Source: Phoronis australis
Taxonomy: Eukaryota > Animalia > Phoronida
Assembly (NCBI GenBank): GCA_002633005.1
Contig: NMRA01000193.1
Location: 240,032 to 304,031, forward strand
DNA length: 64,000 bases
Reading direction: 5' to 3'
The first letter of the stretch is position 1; each line of letters starts with the position of its first letter. The notes beneath the pieces are model-generated. The model searched no databases and had not been told where the DNA came from. It saw only the letters and a list, made by a program, of their open reading frames with translations. Positions 27,910 through 41,900 of this stretch are shown here, piece by piece. The translations under genes were made by a program, and so were the position numbers.

Positions 27910-29606
27910 TATGTGCAACTATTACAGAAAAAACGTTACTGTTGTGGGGTGGAATGGTGTACTATTTAAAAAGTCTAGAGATGGTCAAAGGTTTCAGTGC
28001 AGTATTTACTAGATATCAATTAATAGTCCTCATTTAACGGTAACTATGCTCTTGTTAAATACCTGCCTCATCCACAATAATTTCACTCGCAAGTTAGAGT
28101 TCACTGGAGTTACAATTGTCGCCAGTGACAGCGCTTGTCTGGGACATCGTTTTGTTAAGCATCTTCCATACCACAGCCTTTTATACTATGCAACAAACTT
28201 ATTCCTCAAAAGAACCATTCTTTTCTTGCAGTTTCAAGAACCAAATCCCAGCCTTGTTCACATCCGAAGCCACGTGACATTTTGCAGCTGACCTATTTTT
28301 CTTCACATAGGGCATGCATTCAGTGCCAAGCAAGCAAACGACAGGATCACCGGACATTTTGTGGCTGAGCTATTTCTTCCATATTTGGCACGTATTCAGT
28401 CGCAAGGTAGCAAACTCGAATCACCCAATAACGGAATTCCACAGAAATTGGTACAGCATTAGTCTCGCATATTAATACATCATTTGGCTTGAAGTTTTTT
28501 GACAGGAAGTTTGTCGATCGCTTGAGTTGCAAAACGTTGAACAGTATGTTGTTAGCTTCACATGTTAATGTAGTAATTGCCGAGATCACCTGACCAGGTA
28601 ATTGAACCCCGATAAGATCAGCACGCATGCTAACCATTCGGCTAATATGCAATTGCCTATTAATGAGTGGCCATGATTCACTAGAAGCACGTCTGCAATA
28701 TTCCCATAGCATGTGCGCCACCAGGAAGGTGAACGTCAGATTGTCTTACATACAGGTCTACTTTCCTTGGTATCTTTACCACAATTACACCAGATGAACA
28801 CAAGGTTGTCTCTCATACACGGCCTCAACTCCTGGAATTTTTGCAATCACCAAACGATGCGCGCCGTGTGTCCTAGTTGGAAGTGCATCACTGGTAGATC
28901 ATCCGTTTGCTGATTATGCCAATTGCGGTAATTGCAGAGATCACCCAACCCAGGAATCGAAACAGAAATCCCAATAAAACTGGCTAATCATTCAGCCAAT
29001 AGGCAATTGCCTGTTAGGAAGTGGCTAACAGAGGCTCGTGTGATTCACTGGAGGCACGTCTACAGCACAAGTTTCACAATGAGGTTATGGGCAAAACTAC
29101 ACAGCCATGGGAAATCTGGAGGTCTTTGTGAAATTAAAACATAGCCGTTCCTAGTTGTATTTTAACGTCTTCATACAGCTATTTGGTAGGCTACCTCCTC
29201 ACCTGGCCCTCTGGAATATATTAACTTGTTTTACTTTGTAACTTGAACATTTCGGTTAGATATTTATTTGAATTTATTGATTGTCACTGATCTCGACCCT
29301 CAGTCAAAGTTCCCTTGTCTCACAAACTGTCAAATATTTAGTTGGTAAATCAATCCTTAAACAGGGTTGGAAGTCTGAACTTAGAATTTGGTGTCATACA
29401 TGTATCACACTCGAATTGCACATCAAATATTAACATGTGCAAGTTGAAATTATGATTGCTTAAAGGCATTTATCTGCAGAAATAATACATCAAATATAAC
29501 TGCACAGAAATGAATCCCTTCAAAAGAACTTATTCACTCGGAGATTCAACGTTTCAGTATTCGCTTGTAACTCTGCTATGTGGGGATTTGCATTTTTCAC
29601 CTGGTG

Positions 29607-29829
29607 GTGAACTTGTGAACTAAGGCATTCACTTGGCAGTGAACTTGTGAACTAAGGCATTCACTTGGCAGTGAACTTGTGAACTAAGGCATTCACTTGG
29701 CAGTGAACTTGTGAACTAAGGCATTCACTTGGCAGTGAACTTGTGAACTAAGGCATTCACTTGGCAGTGAACTTGTCAACTAAGGCATTCACTTGGCAGT
29801 GAACTTGTCAACTAAGGCATTCACTTGGC
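29607..29829. repeat. 32-bp minisatellite, 7 copies
   Basis: Unit GTGAACTTGTGAACTAAGGCATTCACTTGGCA; the last two units carry a G>C variant. Confidence 0.95.
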
Positions 29830-30687
29830 TCATTGACAGGCATTCAGGTGACTACTAATTATAAGCCTAAGATGGAAGACAACTTGATTTGTTGTTATTA
29901 CAGACAGGTAAAAAGAAGCAAAGGGTAACCAGGTAAGACCATTTATGATTCCAAAATACCTAAGAGAATTTGATTTGGTTGGTACAGGCTTCCGCTCTGT
30001 TTGACCTGCCTGAGTGTCAGTATTGGTTATTCTATCTTTATCTATGAATCAAAATGATTTAAACTCTTAAAAATAAAGAGCTCAGTAGATTTGGCCTACC
30101 CTAAAATGCAGGATTATCCGACAGAGTTACCAGTGTTTCTGTTTACCTTTTTTACCGGACTTTTTTAAGTCAGACTGAAACTTTTTATCTCCTTTGGTCT
30201 TTGGGACCGGTAAAATATTTGAACAATTACATTGATCGAAACTAATCTATGCACGGGCTAATTATATTATGCAAATTTTGAGCATATCTCTTAAAACAAT
30301 GCGCTGAGCCACAGTCACCCTGGTCACCCATGACCTTTGACACTGATGTACACAGACCCAATATTTAAAGGATTCGCTGTCAACCGCAAGTAAATTTGCA
30401 GACGCAAAAGTTGAATCTGCACTCTCTAACCGACACCTGTATTCGAGGAGCTACAGCAAGTATGCAATTTGAAATAGGAGAAAAAATGCGTTGAAAAAAT
30501 TCACACCAAAATTCTAGAACTAGCCTGCCATACAAATGTCATCATGAAAGTCACTGAAGATGCAAACTACATAAATCTAAGCACGAACTCCTTTCATTTG
30601 TGCGCACTGTTCAAGCTTTTTCAACTCAAACGATTAAAAAACTTCTCATCAAAAAACTTCCACAAAGCAATGCCCAGGCCGCATGAT

Positions 30688-33252
30688 CAGGGCTCGACAT
30701 AACGAGCTGCAGGTCGCATTTGCGACCTGAAATTTGGAAATGCGAGCTGAGATTTTTGTCAGCCCATATCAAGTCGCAAAATGCGACCTTGAATTTCAAC
30801 GAATGCGAGCTGAGTTTTTACACTCCTCGGCAGATACCTGGCAAATATAAAGTAAAATCTTATTAATCCGACCGTTATTTGATTGTTACCAAATCCAAGT
30901 TCAAAAGAACACTAACCGAGAACAGCCCTCCCGATGACTTGTAAGCAAGTCACGTGAACATGGAATGTGCAGAATCAATCTTTGACGCGTTTCATTGGCT
31001 AACATTTTCGGATTCGTTGAAGAAAGTTTCGAGCCACTGCATATCACGTGGTAAAATGTCACAAAACAGCAGTGTTTCTACCAATTCTTAAGTGATCAAC
31101 TTACTAAACTTTGCGGTGGACAAATGTTTATTTTTCGCGTAAGATGTCCTGATTACACGTACCAAATATCCATGACAATATCCCTGATATCGCACTGCGG
31201 CACTTGTCGGTCCCGTTGTTTGCGCGCAAGCGGTCCTGGCAGACAGTTGTGACTTTGAGATTTGCGTCTCGTTTTTATCACATAAGACAGCCAAGGTGAA
31301 AATGACAACCCTATTAATCGCATAACAACGGCCACATCTTTACTTTCAGTTGCCAAGAAATTCTCAAACCCCTTTACTTGTTCCTGGGGTTACGTGCGCG
31401 AAATATGATTTGCTTTCACACGTTGTTGCCAACGTAAAGTGTAGGCCTATTCCAGCGATTCAAGTGCTTGAACTCACGTGTGCGCACCACTTCAAAGCTG
31501 CACATCAAAACAGAACAGCGATAGTCCTTAATGAAAGAGTTTATCGGCTTGGCTGTGTTAAGCACCTGGGTACCAGTGGTTTATTTGAAAATGAACTCAT
31601 AGGTTCCCGGCACTTGTAAAAGGCCCGATGCTTTACGATATTCCCAGGACCGATAGAACCCAGCACTGATATTTTTCCTGTTCCGATGAGGTCGCCGTTC
31701 CCTAAACCACTTCCTACAATCTATACGCGTAGCCAGCTACTGCAACTTATCGGGTACTAGATGTGAACTTTTTATTCTTCTCTTCATANNNNNNNNNNNN
31801 NNNNNNNNNNNNNNNNNNNNNNNNNNNNNNNNNNNNNNNNNNNNNNNNNNNNNNNNNNNNNNNNNNNNNNNNNNNNNNNNNNNNNNNNNNNNNNNNNNNN
31901 NNNNNTTCGTCCCCGGACTGCCGTCGCCGTAAAATGTTCGGACTCCAATAGAAACAATCTTGTTCCGGCTAAAACGGGTAATTAAAAACAAAATTATTCC
32001 TGGTGGCTAAAAAGGGTACAGTGAAGGTGGTAACGATATCCCGAAAATCACCCCTACTAGATGGAGTTTGCGTCGCAAAATCGTATTATTATAACGTTTC
32101 TTATCATTGTAGTCTTTTAATATCTTATTACCGCAAACACTCAGGTTAACGACTATGCTCACGCACAAGCCTACTCCCTACCTTTGAAGTGTTTCATAAT
32201 AAGCGCTCACTGATCTACTAAGTGATCCCCTCAACTTTTGAGAATTTCCGGCAATTAAGTGCCCACAATTCAGGCTAGCGCCCATTATAGCACACTACAA
32301 ACTACCGCACATGGTTTAAAATTGACACGCAGCCTATATGGTGAGTTACTCTCGTTTTACACAACAAATTCAGTTTTCAAAAAACGTCTTTTCTCAATAT
32401 GTAAAAACCAAATCCCGGCTTTGTTTTATACCTCCGAAAGCTGAGAAAGTTACACTAGTGACGTGCATGTCGTTTTGTGACTGACCAATTTTTCCTGTAC
32501 TTGGAAGGTATTGAGGAGCAAACTCGCCATTACCCTATGGAAACCCACACGGAGGGAGTCGGGAATTATTTCGAGGCTATTCATTTCATGGAAAACTAAT
32601 TGTTGAGTAAGTTAACAGCATAAGTACCACATTTTTGTTGTGAAATTTGCACTGAATTGTTCCCGTGCATCCAAATAGGTCATTCCGTTAGGGCGGTGTT
32701 TCACGGACTTTTTTCGACAGATGTTTTTCAAACGTCGAGTTAAGTTGCAAAGTTTGGGTTGCGAACAAAAAGTGGAGGGAATTTGCACTCCGAGTTAGTT
32801 TGGATCTTTAACGACTTTGATGACAGCTGGTAACAATTAAGACATAGCAAAATCCCGGATACTTTTTAAACGGGCATTTACTCCCTTTTCACATCGCAAA
32901 CTTAACTATTCGAATGCACGTGTCAGTTAGAGAGCGTTGATTCAAATTTCACGTCAGCAACTTGCCTTGCGCTCTAAAGCCTTTCCATGGCGGTTGTGAA
33001 GAACAGTAACACCGTTCCTGCATGAACGAAGTCAATTTTGAGATCTGAAATTTGTGAGTATTTAACACTGCAGGTAAGAGCATCATCTAAACATTTTCTC
33101 AGTGATCTAAAAAATCAATTTTGGCACGTAAGAATGACGGGAAATTTTTGCGACCTGGCATTTATGAACACGAGCTGGATTTTGAAAATGCGACCTGGGA
33201 TTTTGCTAGGTCGCAAAATGCGATCTGACGATTTTAATAGCGTCGAACCCTG
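30688..33252. mobile_element. Non-autonomous DNA transposon with 5-bp TSD (hAT5-like)
   Basis: CAGGGCTCGAC...GTCGAACCCTG TIRs, ATGAT direct repeat on both sides, subterminal TGCGACCT/TGCGAGCT arrays at both ends; contains the gap 31789-31905. Confidence 0.8.
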
Positions 33253-33923
33253 ATGATGTATTGATGTGCAAGAATGACTGGTACAAATTTCGTGTTAACA
33301 TTCAGTAACTAGTTTTGCATGAAGTAAAAAGCCTCTAAATACTTCGGATATTGGTTACCACCTCTGGCAATGAATAGATCAAGATACCATCTATGGAAAA
33401 AATAGGCAACCACACAATGTCACGTGTAGAGCACCTGTTATTACTTCGGCTTCCGATGTGAACAAGGTCAGGATTTGGTTCTTAACATTGCAAGAAAAGA
33501 ACTGTTCTTTTGAAGAATAAATTTGTTGAATAGTGAGAAAACTGAGAAGGTGTGGTTGACTTTAGACATTGCATGTGTGTAAATTTCAACATAGCAGATG
33601 TACCCGACGACCACTGCCACTGGCGACGACCATAGCTCAATTGTAAGTGAAACGTTCAAAATATGAATGGAAAGAGTAGAAAAACGCTTTAGTCAAATTA
33701 ACGACACTGTGACAGTGACACTGACACTGTGATACTGATAGTGTCATCCGCTGTTGTCTCAATTTTCATTCGAAAAAGTCAACTTAGATTCAAATGACGG
33801 GCAAATTTCTTTAGGGACCAGAATTTAATCAGCTTGTGGGTCCTCTGGCCCGGCGTTTCAAAAATTCAGAGGAACCACTGGTTACAAAACACATAGCAAG
33901 GATAAAATAGCGAAGTTCTGTAC

Positions 33924-33995
33924 CTGCAAATTGTACAACCGCTTCCACGTGTGGCAAGATAATAGTAGACATTGGGATTTAGTGCCATCTAGTGG
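33924..33995 (-). promoter_or_regulatory. Putative CNOT10 non-coding first exon/promoter with a CTCF-type site
   Basis: The CNOT10 ATG exon has an acceptor 12 nt upstream of the ATG, so a 5' UTR exon must exist. Candidate donor CAG|GTACAG at 33923, ETS-like GGAAGCG, and CCACTAGATGGCAC (33982-33995), which matches the CTCF core consensus. Confidence 0.4.
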
Positions 33996-35460
33996 CTATT
34001 ACAAGAAAAACTCATGGCACGCTCAATATCAGTATTCGTCATTTTCTGTACGACGTTATATCAAAGACGTTACGGTATTTAGTAAACGTCTCACGTAAAT
34101 GGACGAACTTCGTATCGAATGAGCATGCTTCATGGTGCCCTTGTCATGCGTGAACTTTGTGTAAACTTGGGATATCCCGGCGATGTTCAAGCGCACAAAC
34201 ATTCGCGACCTGGCGCCGGAAAATTATACACGGAAATGATGTTTTTTAGTTTTTTTCACACGACCCAGTAATGTTGCAATTGAATGTGTCTTACCATGGG
34301 TGCGCCTGAGTGTCAGTACACGACTGGTATTAACACTCAGGGAGACGGCCAACGCAATACATTACAGCTCATGCGTGAGTTCCCAACGACTTTCCGTATC
34401 ACTGAGTACGCCGGGACGTGACAGCTTTGACGGCCCTCTACCCGAACCCCCCCCCCCCCGTCGGGTGACTGAAACAAACACATGAGCCATGTGGTGGTCA
34501 CCAGAACGCGGCAAGCGTTGATGCTATATATTGCTATTGCAGGTAAAAACTTGCAAATTTAACTTGAAGACAAAGACACTGAGCCCTGTGCCCGGCGGAG
34601 GGGAGAGTGGGGTAAAACGGCACCCTTAACTTTAAAGATCCATTACCCAAAAAGTATACAATGTATGCACAATGAATTAATCATGTTCGAAGAGCTTACC
34701 TTGTAGTTTATAAAAAACATAATTAGTAGAATTAAAATTGCACCGCCTGGCCCAAAGGCAAGACAGATTTGACTTTTTAAGGGGTGCCGTGGGCCGTTTT
34801 ACCCTACCTTGCGGTTAAGACGGTCACTGCAGTTGGGTAAAACGGCCCTGCTACTATGAACACAGATAAAATGTAATCATCGATTTATACAACGCCAGGT
34901 CGTGAGTTCGAGTCTTTGGTACTTGTAGTTTTTCCTGTTTGACACGTTCGATCTCCGTGTTTTTTCCCTTTTTTTCTTGGATAATACTTCAGAAATCAAG
35001 GAAAATGCTTGATTTTTAGAGGTAAAAACAGAAAAAGTTGAGGTTAAGGCTCCCTTTGGGACATCTTCGATCCACCAGAGGGTTATGCCAATTGAACCCC
35101 CGTAGATCTTCCATGGTCTCTCGCCAAAGGCACCACTAACTAAACCTTCACATGCTCTCTTGACAGTTCCTTCAGATTGCCAGTAAACTACAAGACATAA
35201 ACAATCAGACAAAGCAATGTATCCGGCCATGACGGTTAGTTCTGTTAACAGCAAAATACTGGTAATATTTATTAGGCAGGCAACATAATAATTACGGAAT
35301 TGCTTAGCCACCTTGCTATGTTTCCTTTTAATGCTCTTTCATTCTCGGTCACGAGGGAAGAGACTAGTGTGACGATGAATTTGGCTTCCGCCCAGCCGTC
35401 ATGACGGGTAATGCCGGGTTGCTTCGTCCAAATACTTGTGCTGTATCAGTATTGAACTAG

Positions 35461-35520
35461 CTCTCCCTCTCTCTCTCCCTCTCCCCCTCCCCCTCTCCAT
35501 CTCTCTCTCTCTGCTCTGCT
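35461..35520. repeat. CT-rich microsatellite
   Basis: (CT)n/CCCT run, expanded relative to unit B (~51797). Confidence 0.85.
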
Positions 35521-35808
35521 ACCCTGTCGCCACCACCAATTCTTTGTCCAACAACCCCGGTCACCACCCATTCAGTCTCCCCGCGGTCGACAGCTGCCCA
35601 ACAAATACGTACTTGTCCTATGTCACTTTTTCTCCTATACTCTAGTCGCCAACAATTTTGCGCGGGGTTTTTCGTGCAGGTAATATGTTTACCAGGCAAC
35701 ATAGAAACTTATCCGACACTAAATTGACGACTGGTCCAACTAATGTGACAATTATAAGGTTTCGCCCCTGCTTGCAACAAAATAAATACATTTTCTGGTT
35801 TAAATCAG

Positions 35809-35814
35809 TTTATT
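35809..35814 (-). terminator. Polyadenylation signal, copy A
   Basis: AATAAA about 95 nt after the stop codon, conserved in copy B. Confidence 0.6.
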
Positions 35815-35909
35815 GGTTCACGAGCTATAGACATAGCAAATAGATCAGTGAAGGTTTTCTTAATCTCATCAGTGTTTTTCTAATTTAATACTGCACCACA
35901 ATACCAGCG

Positions 35910-38900
35910 TTAAAGTGAACCTCTTGCACGACTGGGCATTTCATCGGGAGACAGTGGTCTGCAGCGGATGTGACTAGGTGGTGTGTCGTCCGCAATGAGA
36001 GGGTGCGGTTGATTGACACACTCGCACCTCTCCATAGACCCTCTGTTGCGCATGTGAAAGGTTTCACCAAATTCCATGTGTCTGGAGTCCGATCTCAAAC
36101 AACCTATAATGGACAGTAAACTGCAAGTTCAGTAGCCGTCAAAACAGCTGATAAAGCGTCAAAGGTCCAAAGCACCGCCAGGCCATTTATTTATGTGAAC
36201 CCTGTGTAAGTATTTGCATAGGTGGAGAATATTATTTTTGTTGGCTGGTATCATATAAGATGAGAAGCCCCCCGTTTAAAAAGGTTCGTAATGAGACAAT
36301 TCTTAATTAACATGGATTGTGAATGAGACGCGTTTTGGAGTTTTACTTAAAAACTGAATGTTAATGTTACCGATGATATTTTAAAAGCTGTAAAAAAAAC
36401 CTGGGGCCTGTTCCAAGAAACTGACTTAAGTTCATTTTTGACTTAAGTTTAAGATTTGTCTTAAATTCCAAACTTTGAAACTTTCACATTCGGCAAGTTA
36501 GTCAAAATTACGACAAAACTTGTGTCAAACACTCAAGTCAAACTTAAAACTCCTCTCTTGAATTAGTTTTACTGTGCTAGGACTTCGTATCCGTTAGAAA
36601 CAAGAACATCAGCGATTCAAGTTTATTGTTGTTGGCCAACGCATTCGAAAACGACGGATGTACGCATAGCAACTGACTTGAGTTAACGGCTCATTCGGCA
36701 ACAATTCGAGATCGATTGTAATGTTTTTTTAAAAACCTGAGAGGCACTTCGGTAAAGAATTCATCATTGACAAATATGTAATGTACGAGATGTAAATTTA
36801 AACTGCTGACTGCGCTACATAGTTATACGGTCACATCCTCTGTTTTTATTAACTTCAGCTGGTCCAAAATACAACCTCAATTGGTGACCGGCTTCGAAGA
36901 GACCCTGGATTCTATAATAAAAACAATATAATTAACACCTCTATTTACATTATGCTGAAACTGAACCCCACTTGTACATGTTATAAAAAGCTGTTGTAGT
37001 AGCGAGTTGTTAACTAGGGGTAGAAGAAGTTTTCCTAGATCAACTTGAATTGGGCGTAATGTAATTAAAGGCAACGGGAACAATGGGAACAGAACCGGAA
37101 ACTTGTGTCCGTCATCGTACCAGAAATTTTGCGTCTTGGACAGTTTTACAGAAAACTGAGAAATTAAGTGCATTTTCGGAAACCGGAGGGTGCTTACGCG
37201 GAGATAGAGTTGCAAATTTTATCTTGTCTCTGAAACGCACACTCGTATAGTTCCCGGTTTGTCTCCAGGCAAGATATCAAATTATCCCGACTTAGGACTA
37301 AGTAATACAAAACCACTTTCGAGTATTCTGGTGCTATGCAAATTATTGTTCCTCTTATATATTTTTGTTAGTGCAATAATATGCTATGTACTTACTCGTT
37401 TTATTCCTATTTATGTAAGTTTATTGTTTCTATAATGTACTCTTGTCATTATGTGTTTGTGTGTTTGTATGAGGTTAGACGGATTCACCGGAAACTTGTG
37501 CTTGTTTTATTTCTTACACTACTAAAAAGAGTTCCCTGGTTAAGTATAAATATTTTTGACATCCGTTTATATTGTTTATGAAATAGATTAAAAAAACTCT
37601 TTCTGTTCATTCTGGTACAAGCAGTGAACCTAGAGTTGTTCGTTAGCCGTGCTATGGATACAAAATTCATTCGGGTAGTCAAGACAGCCATCAAGACGAA
37701 CGAACATCGGTTCAGAAGGGTCTCGGTAGCGAGTTCCAAATAAAATACGGTCTGTCCTCATCTGTAGTTCATCAACACTGCTGAGTGAAGTATTGGGACA
37801 CGTTCCCCACAAAGTTGCACGGTAATCGAAGAGTTTTAGAATAATTATCAAAATGAATGAGCACCACGACGTAAGAATCAGGCATTACTTTCTTATGTTA
37901 CCTCAGCTTATCCAATGCGTTCTTTGAACTTAGCACAAAATGCGACAGAGTGGGCGCTTAAACAAAGTGTGTAGTCAAAATAGGCACAAAGTACCTTAGC
38001 AGATCCACCTCACTTGTTCTAGTACCATGTTATCTAGCTTTACGCGTATATATATTCGGTTGGATCATCCATTTCGCCTCGTCTCATGACCCGCAAAACG
38101 GGAAGGCTTAGAAACCGAGTTCAACTGAAAATTTTGCCAGGAAAGCATAGCAATTAGGTTAACAGTGTGCATATCGACAGTTGAGCATGACCTGAAGATC
38201 ACATTATTATTAGTTTTAGTCCAGGCCCTTAACCCGAAAACATTTACACGTCGGATTAAAGCACCAAATTTGGCACACTAGTACTTTGTGACATGCTGAA
38301 TCTCATGGGGGTCAGTTGCCCAAATTTTGACGTCAAGGTCAAGGTCAAATCTCAAAAAACAAAATGGCCGCCCAGTAACACAATCTATGGTTGCTTGAGA
38401 GATGATCACACATTTTAAGGCTAGGAAATAGTACATTATTAACTAGAAATCTATCATAATGACATCGCAATATCTTTTCCTCGTAATATTAAGACCTCTC
38501 ATTTGCATAATTCCAATATGGCCGCCAAAATTTAACTAAACAACTGCAATTTTAACAAAATCATCTATTTTGATCTGGTGCAAGACTAATAATACAACAA
38601 CAAATAGGTTTTCTTACCAAAATTTATTAGATTTATCATTAATTTGTACAATTATTATGAAAATTCAGTTGATGTTATGATAAAGAGACCAATATATGCA
38701 TAGAACTTGAAACTACCAAAAACTCAGAGGCCAGCTTTCAAAAATGTCGTTAGTATGCTTCTTCTAGCTCCTGTGTACATATATTCCGATTGTCATCTGC
38801 TTATAATATCGACACAATAAAACAGATTAATCTCAAATTGTCATTGCAGACCACAGAATTTAATTAACATTATCATCTGTTCCTTTGGTCCATAATAAAC

Positions 38901-41900
38901 CATGTTACGTTGTTCCCCGGTATTGCTAAGTGTTGTGAATGCTAAGGAAATGCTTTTACATGTAATTTATATCTCTTGCCCCATAGTGGTATGCTCTTGC
39001 AACCATGAGCTGCTGACCAGCTTTGGAGATTTCAGGCATGTCTATCCAGTAAGGTGTCCATTGTTGGCCCTTGTCACTCTGCCATCCAAACCTCTATGGA
39101 CTTGGTTTCCCGTGGATGGGCATCAGACTGCCAGCTTCATACAAGCATTTGTTAACGTGCTTTATCAGAGGAGATTGGGTAGGCGATAAATTTGGCATGA
39201 TCTGAACTTTTTGTTGGAAAAGCTCCTTTCATAAAATATTGACTTGGCTGGTTTTGACTTTTCGATCATAAACGAAACATGTAAATGTCTCAATTATTTT
39301 GAATTCCTGACTGTCGACGGTGAGTTCCTGAAAGGAATTGATTGCCGGCATGAGAATGCCTGAGTAGCATCACGGTAAGCTTTTCATGTCTCCCATACTG
39401 TTTTATTCCCTTTTCCATTGAACTCGGACGTTGTGTCCAACCCTGTTAAGGCATGGAACATGGGTAGAGCTACACACAAATCGTACCTAGGCTAGTCAAA
39501 CAAACTCTTGACGAAGAGTTCCCGCACCTTCTTTCCAGCTTTAACCACTACCCGTACTTGAATTGCTAGCTGCAAAGCCTGAAGCTGACCAAAACACCAA
39601 GAAGAACGACCACAACATCAGTATCAATTGTAGAAACCAGTATTCTCTGATTACCTTTGATCAAAGCGTCCACAATGTACAAGCACATACAGGTGTCCGA
39701 CAGGTATGTCAGAACCAGAGGAATGAAACAGAGTGACCGTGGGTAACATATATATTTTGTCCTAGAGGATAGGCGATTGCCAAAGATATCTTCAGCTAAC
39801 AGCATGAATAATTCCTCTTTATTCTTCGAGTTTGCAAGAAATTCTGGAAGTACAGAGACAGTTGCGTTTGGTGTGAAACTTTGGCAAGATCACCTGTACC
39901 TCTATCAGCGGTGGCCTTCAAGCTGTCTTCAGTGTAAACATCAAACACAATATCAACTCTACAGCAGTTGCGAAGGTTAGAATGTGCCCGCTTAGCAGTT
40001 ATCGCTGAACTGTCCGAATGTCGCTGATTTGTTTGGTTGTGCACAATAGCTGGCCCATCAAAGACTTTGACATCGACGGATTCAGGAACGTCTGGATGAG
40101 GAAATTCCAACATTTTGAGCAAGTGACTTCTGTGAGGGTAAACCGAGACTGTCGTTCTGGTTCAGGGATGGTGGCCAAGAATGATTCTCATGTATAAGAA
40201 AATCATCCTTCTAGAATTTGACTAGCTATAAAAACCTGACTAAATAAGCTGCAGTCTTTCTTGATATCATTCATGCGCTGCCGAGTCACTCTTTTTGCCT
40301 TCCCATTAGCTGTTACGGAAACAACAAACTACATGTAACTTGTTTTTCTCGATAGGGGTCTTTAATGGTTGGGACTTTTCAATTACGACTGTTTGCTTAT
40401 AGTTGTCATATTGTTGTTTTCCAGTCACTTCGATAGCCTGAAGACTTGTAGCGTATCTAACGTCATAAGTTCATCACCATGGTCAAAGAAAGGGTTTCCC
40501 TTTAGTTTGCTGAACTGACACCTTACACCACACAAACTGTTCACATGGTTTTTAAAGTTGTTCTGGAAGGATATAATGTCTTTGAGCCAGTTTTTCTCCT
40601 CGCTATTGTCTTCAAAACGATTGACAATCAAACTCAGTCAGCAACCTGGCTATAGCTCGGACCCAAACACCATTCACCCTGTCAAAGCGTTTGGATTTTC
40701 AGTTAATCCAATAGCCCCACCACTGTCTTGGACTAAGGCGTTATTTTCTTCATCCGCCTAGTCAATTGCAACAGCACAGAATCTGTGCCGTGTATTTGAA
40801 AACATCCATCAGATGCTGTCGTACGTTAACTGGTATAGCACTCACGTCTTGGATGTGGAGAGAGACCCATCTTGCATAATTTTGAAGGTCAAGAGTAAAG
40901 AAATAGGACACAAGAGATTCAAAGAGATCAATGCACAGCGACAAGTTGCATTCACCATGAGCAAGGACGAACATCAAGATCAGTAACTGGACATGTACAT
41001 GTAAGATAACATTCCAAAACTCAAATTTTGGAATTCTCATTGAGCTATCACTTTTCCTGCTGGAGACTCTTCGGTCCAAAGCAGCACCTTCATTTTTCAC
41101 AATAAGAAATGGTTCTTCCTGTAGCTTTGCCAGAGACAGAACTGTCACCTGGAGTGCATGTCTTGTTCGAGTTAAGTGTGAGGCTTGAAGAAAGGAACCA
41201 GCTCTACCAGCTGTAGCCACTGATGCCTCCTGAAGCAGGCGGTACGAATACGTCATAGTGACGTAACGAGAGCTGACGTATTGTTCCAGCTCAGGTAACC
41301 AGCCGTCTTCGAAACATTTCTATTAATAGTGCATATGGCCTGTTATTCAGAAAATCTACATTGTCTCAATTGCTTTCAGGATGGTGGATAAAGTTTTAGA
41401 ACAATAAATTGTCGGGCAATTACAAGTGGTGAATCTGGAGTAAGGCATTGCTCAAACTACTTGACCTTATGAATAAGGTACTGCGGAATTAAAGCATAAT
41501 TTTTGTAGGTATTATTTATTGGAATAGGTTTCTTAGAAAAATTGGTCTCTTAATTAGGTCTTATTAAACAACTTATATTGTTGGTTATTCATACAAATAG
41601 CTACTGTAGTGATTTAAACAGGAAACCCCTGCTCCTGTCTTCAGATGTGATGAAGCCAACCAAAAGTAACGTATTATCTCCAATCAGTTAAAACAATTTA
41701 GGATATATATTTATATACATAGTTAATCAAAAAAGTACATACCTAAATTAGAAAATCTCATTCAAAATAATATTACACGAACACTGAACTCGAGGTCAAC
41801 ATTATGCAAGTCTCAGAGCTGATGTCACCTGTTTGGGTACTGTTGTCCGAATGAGCAGAGGTCAGCTTCAGCTGTTAGACAATATGTCACCACAAACAAT

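Noticed and set aside
28347-28721. 124-aa ORF upstream of the CNOT10 ATG exon
   Set aside because: No recognisable domain; overlaps a diverged repeat.
29607-29829. Possible CRISPR array (32-bp repeats)
   Set aside because: Repeats are contiguous with no spacers, there are no cas genes, and the context is eukaryotic; it is a minisatellite.
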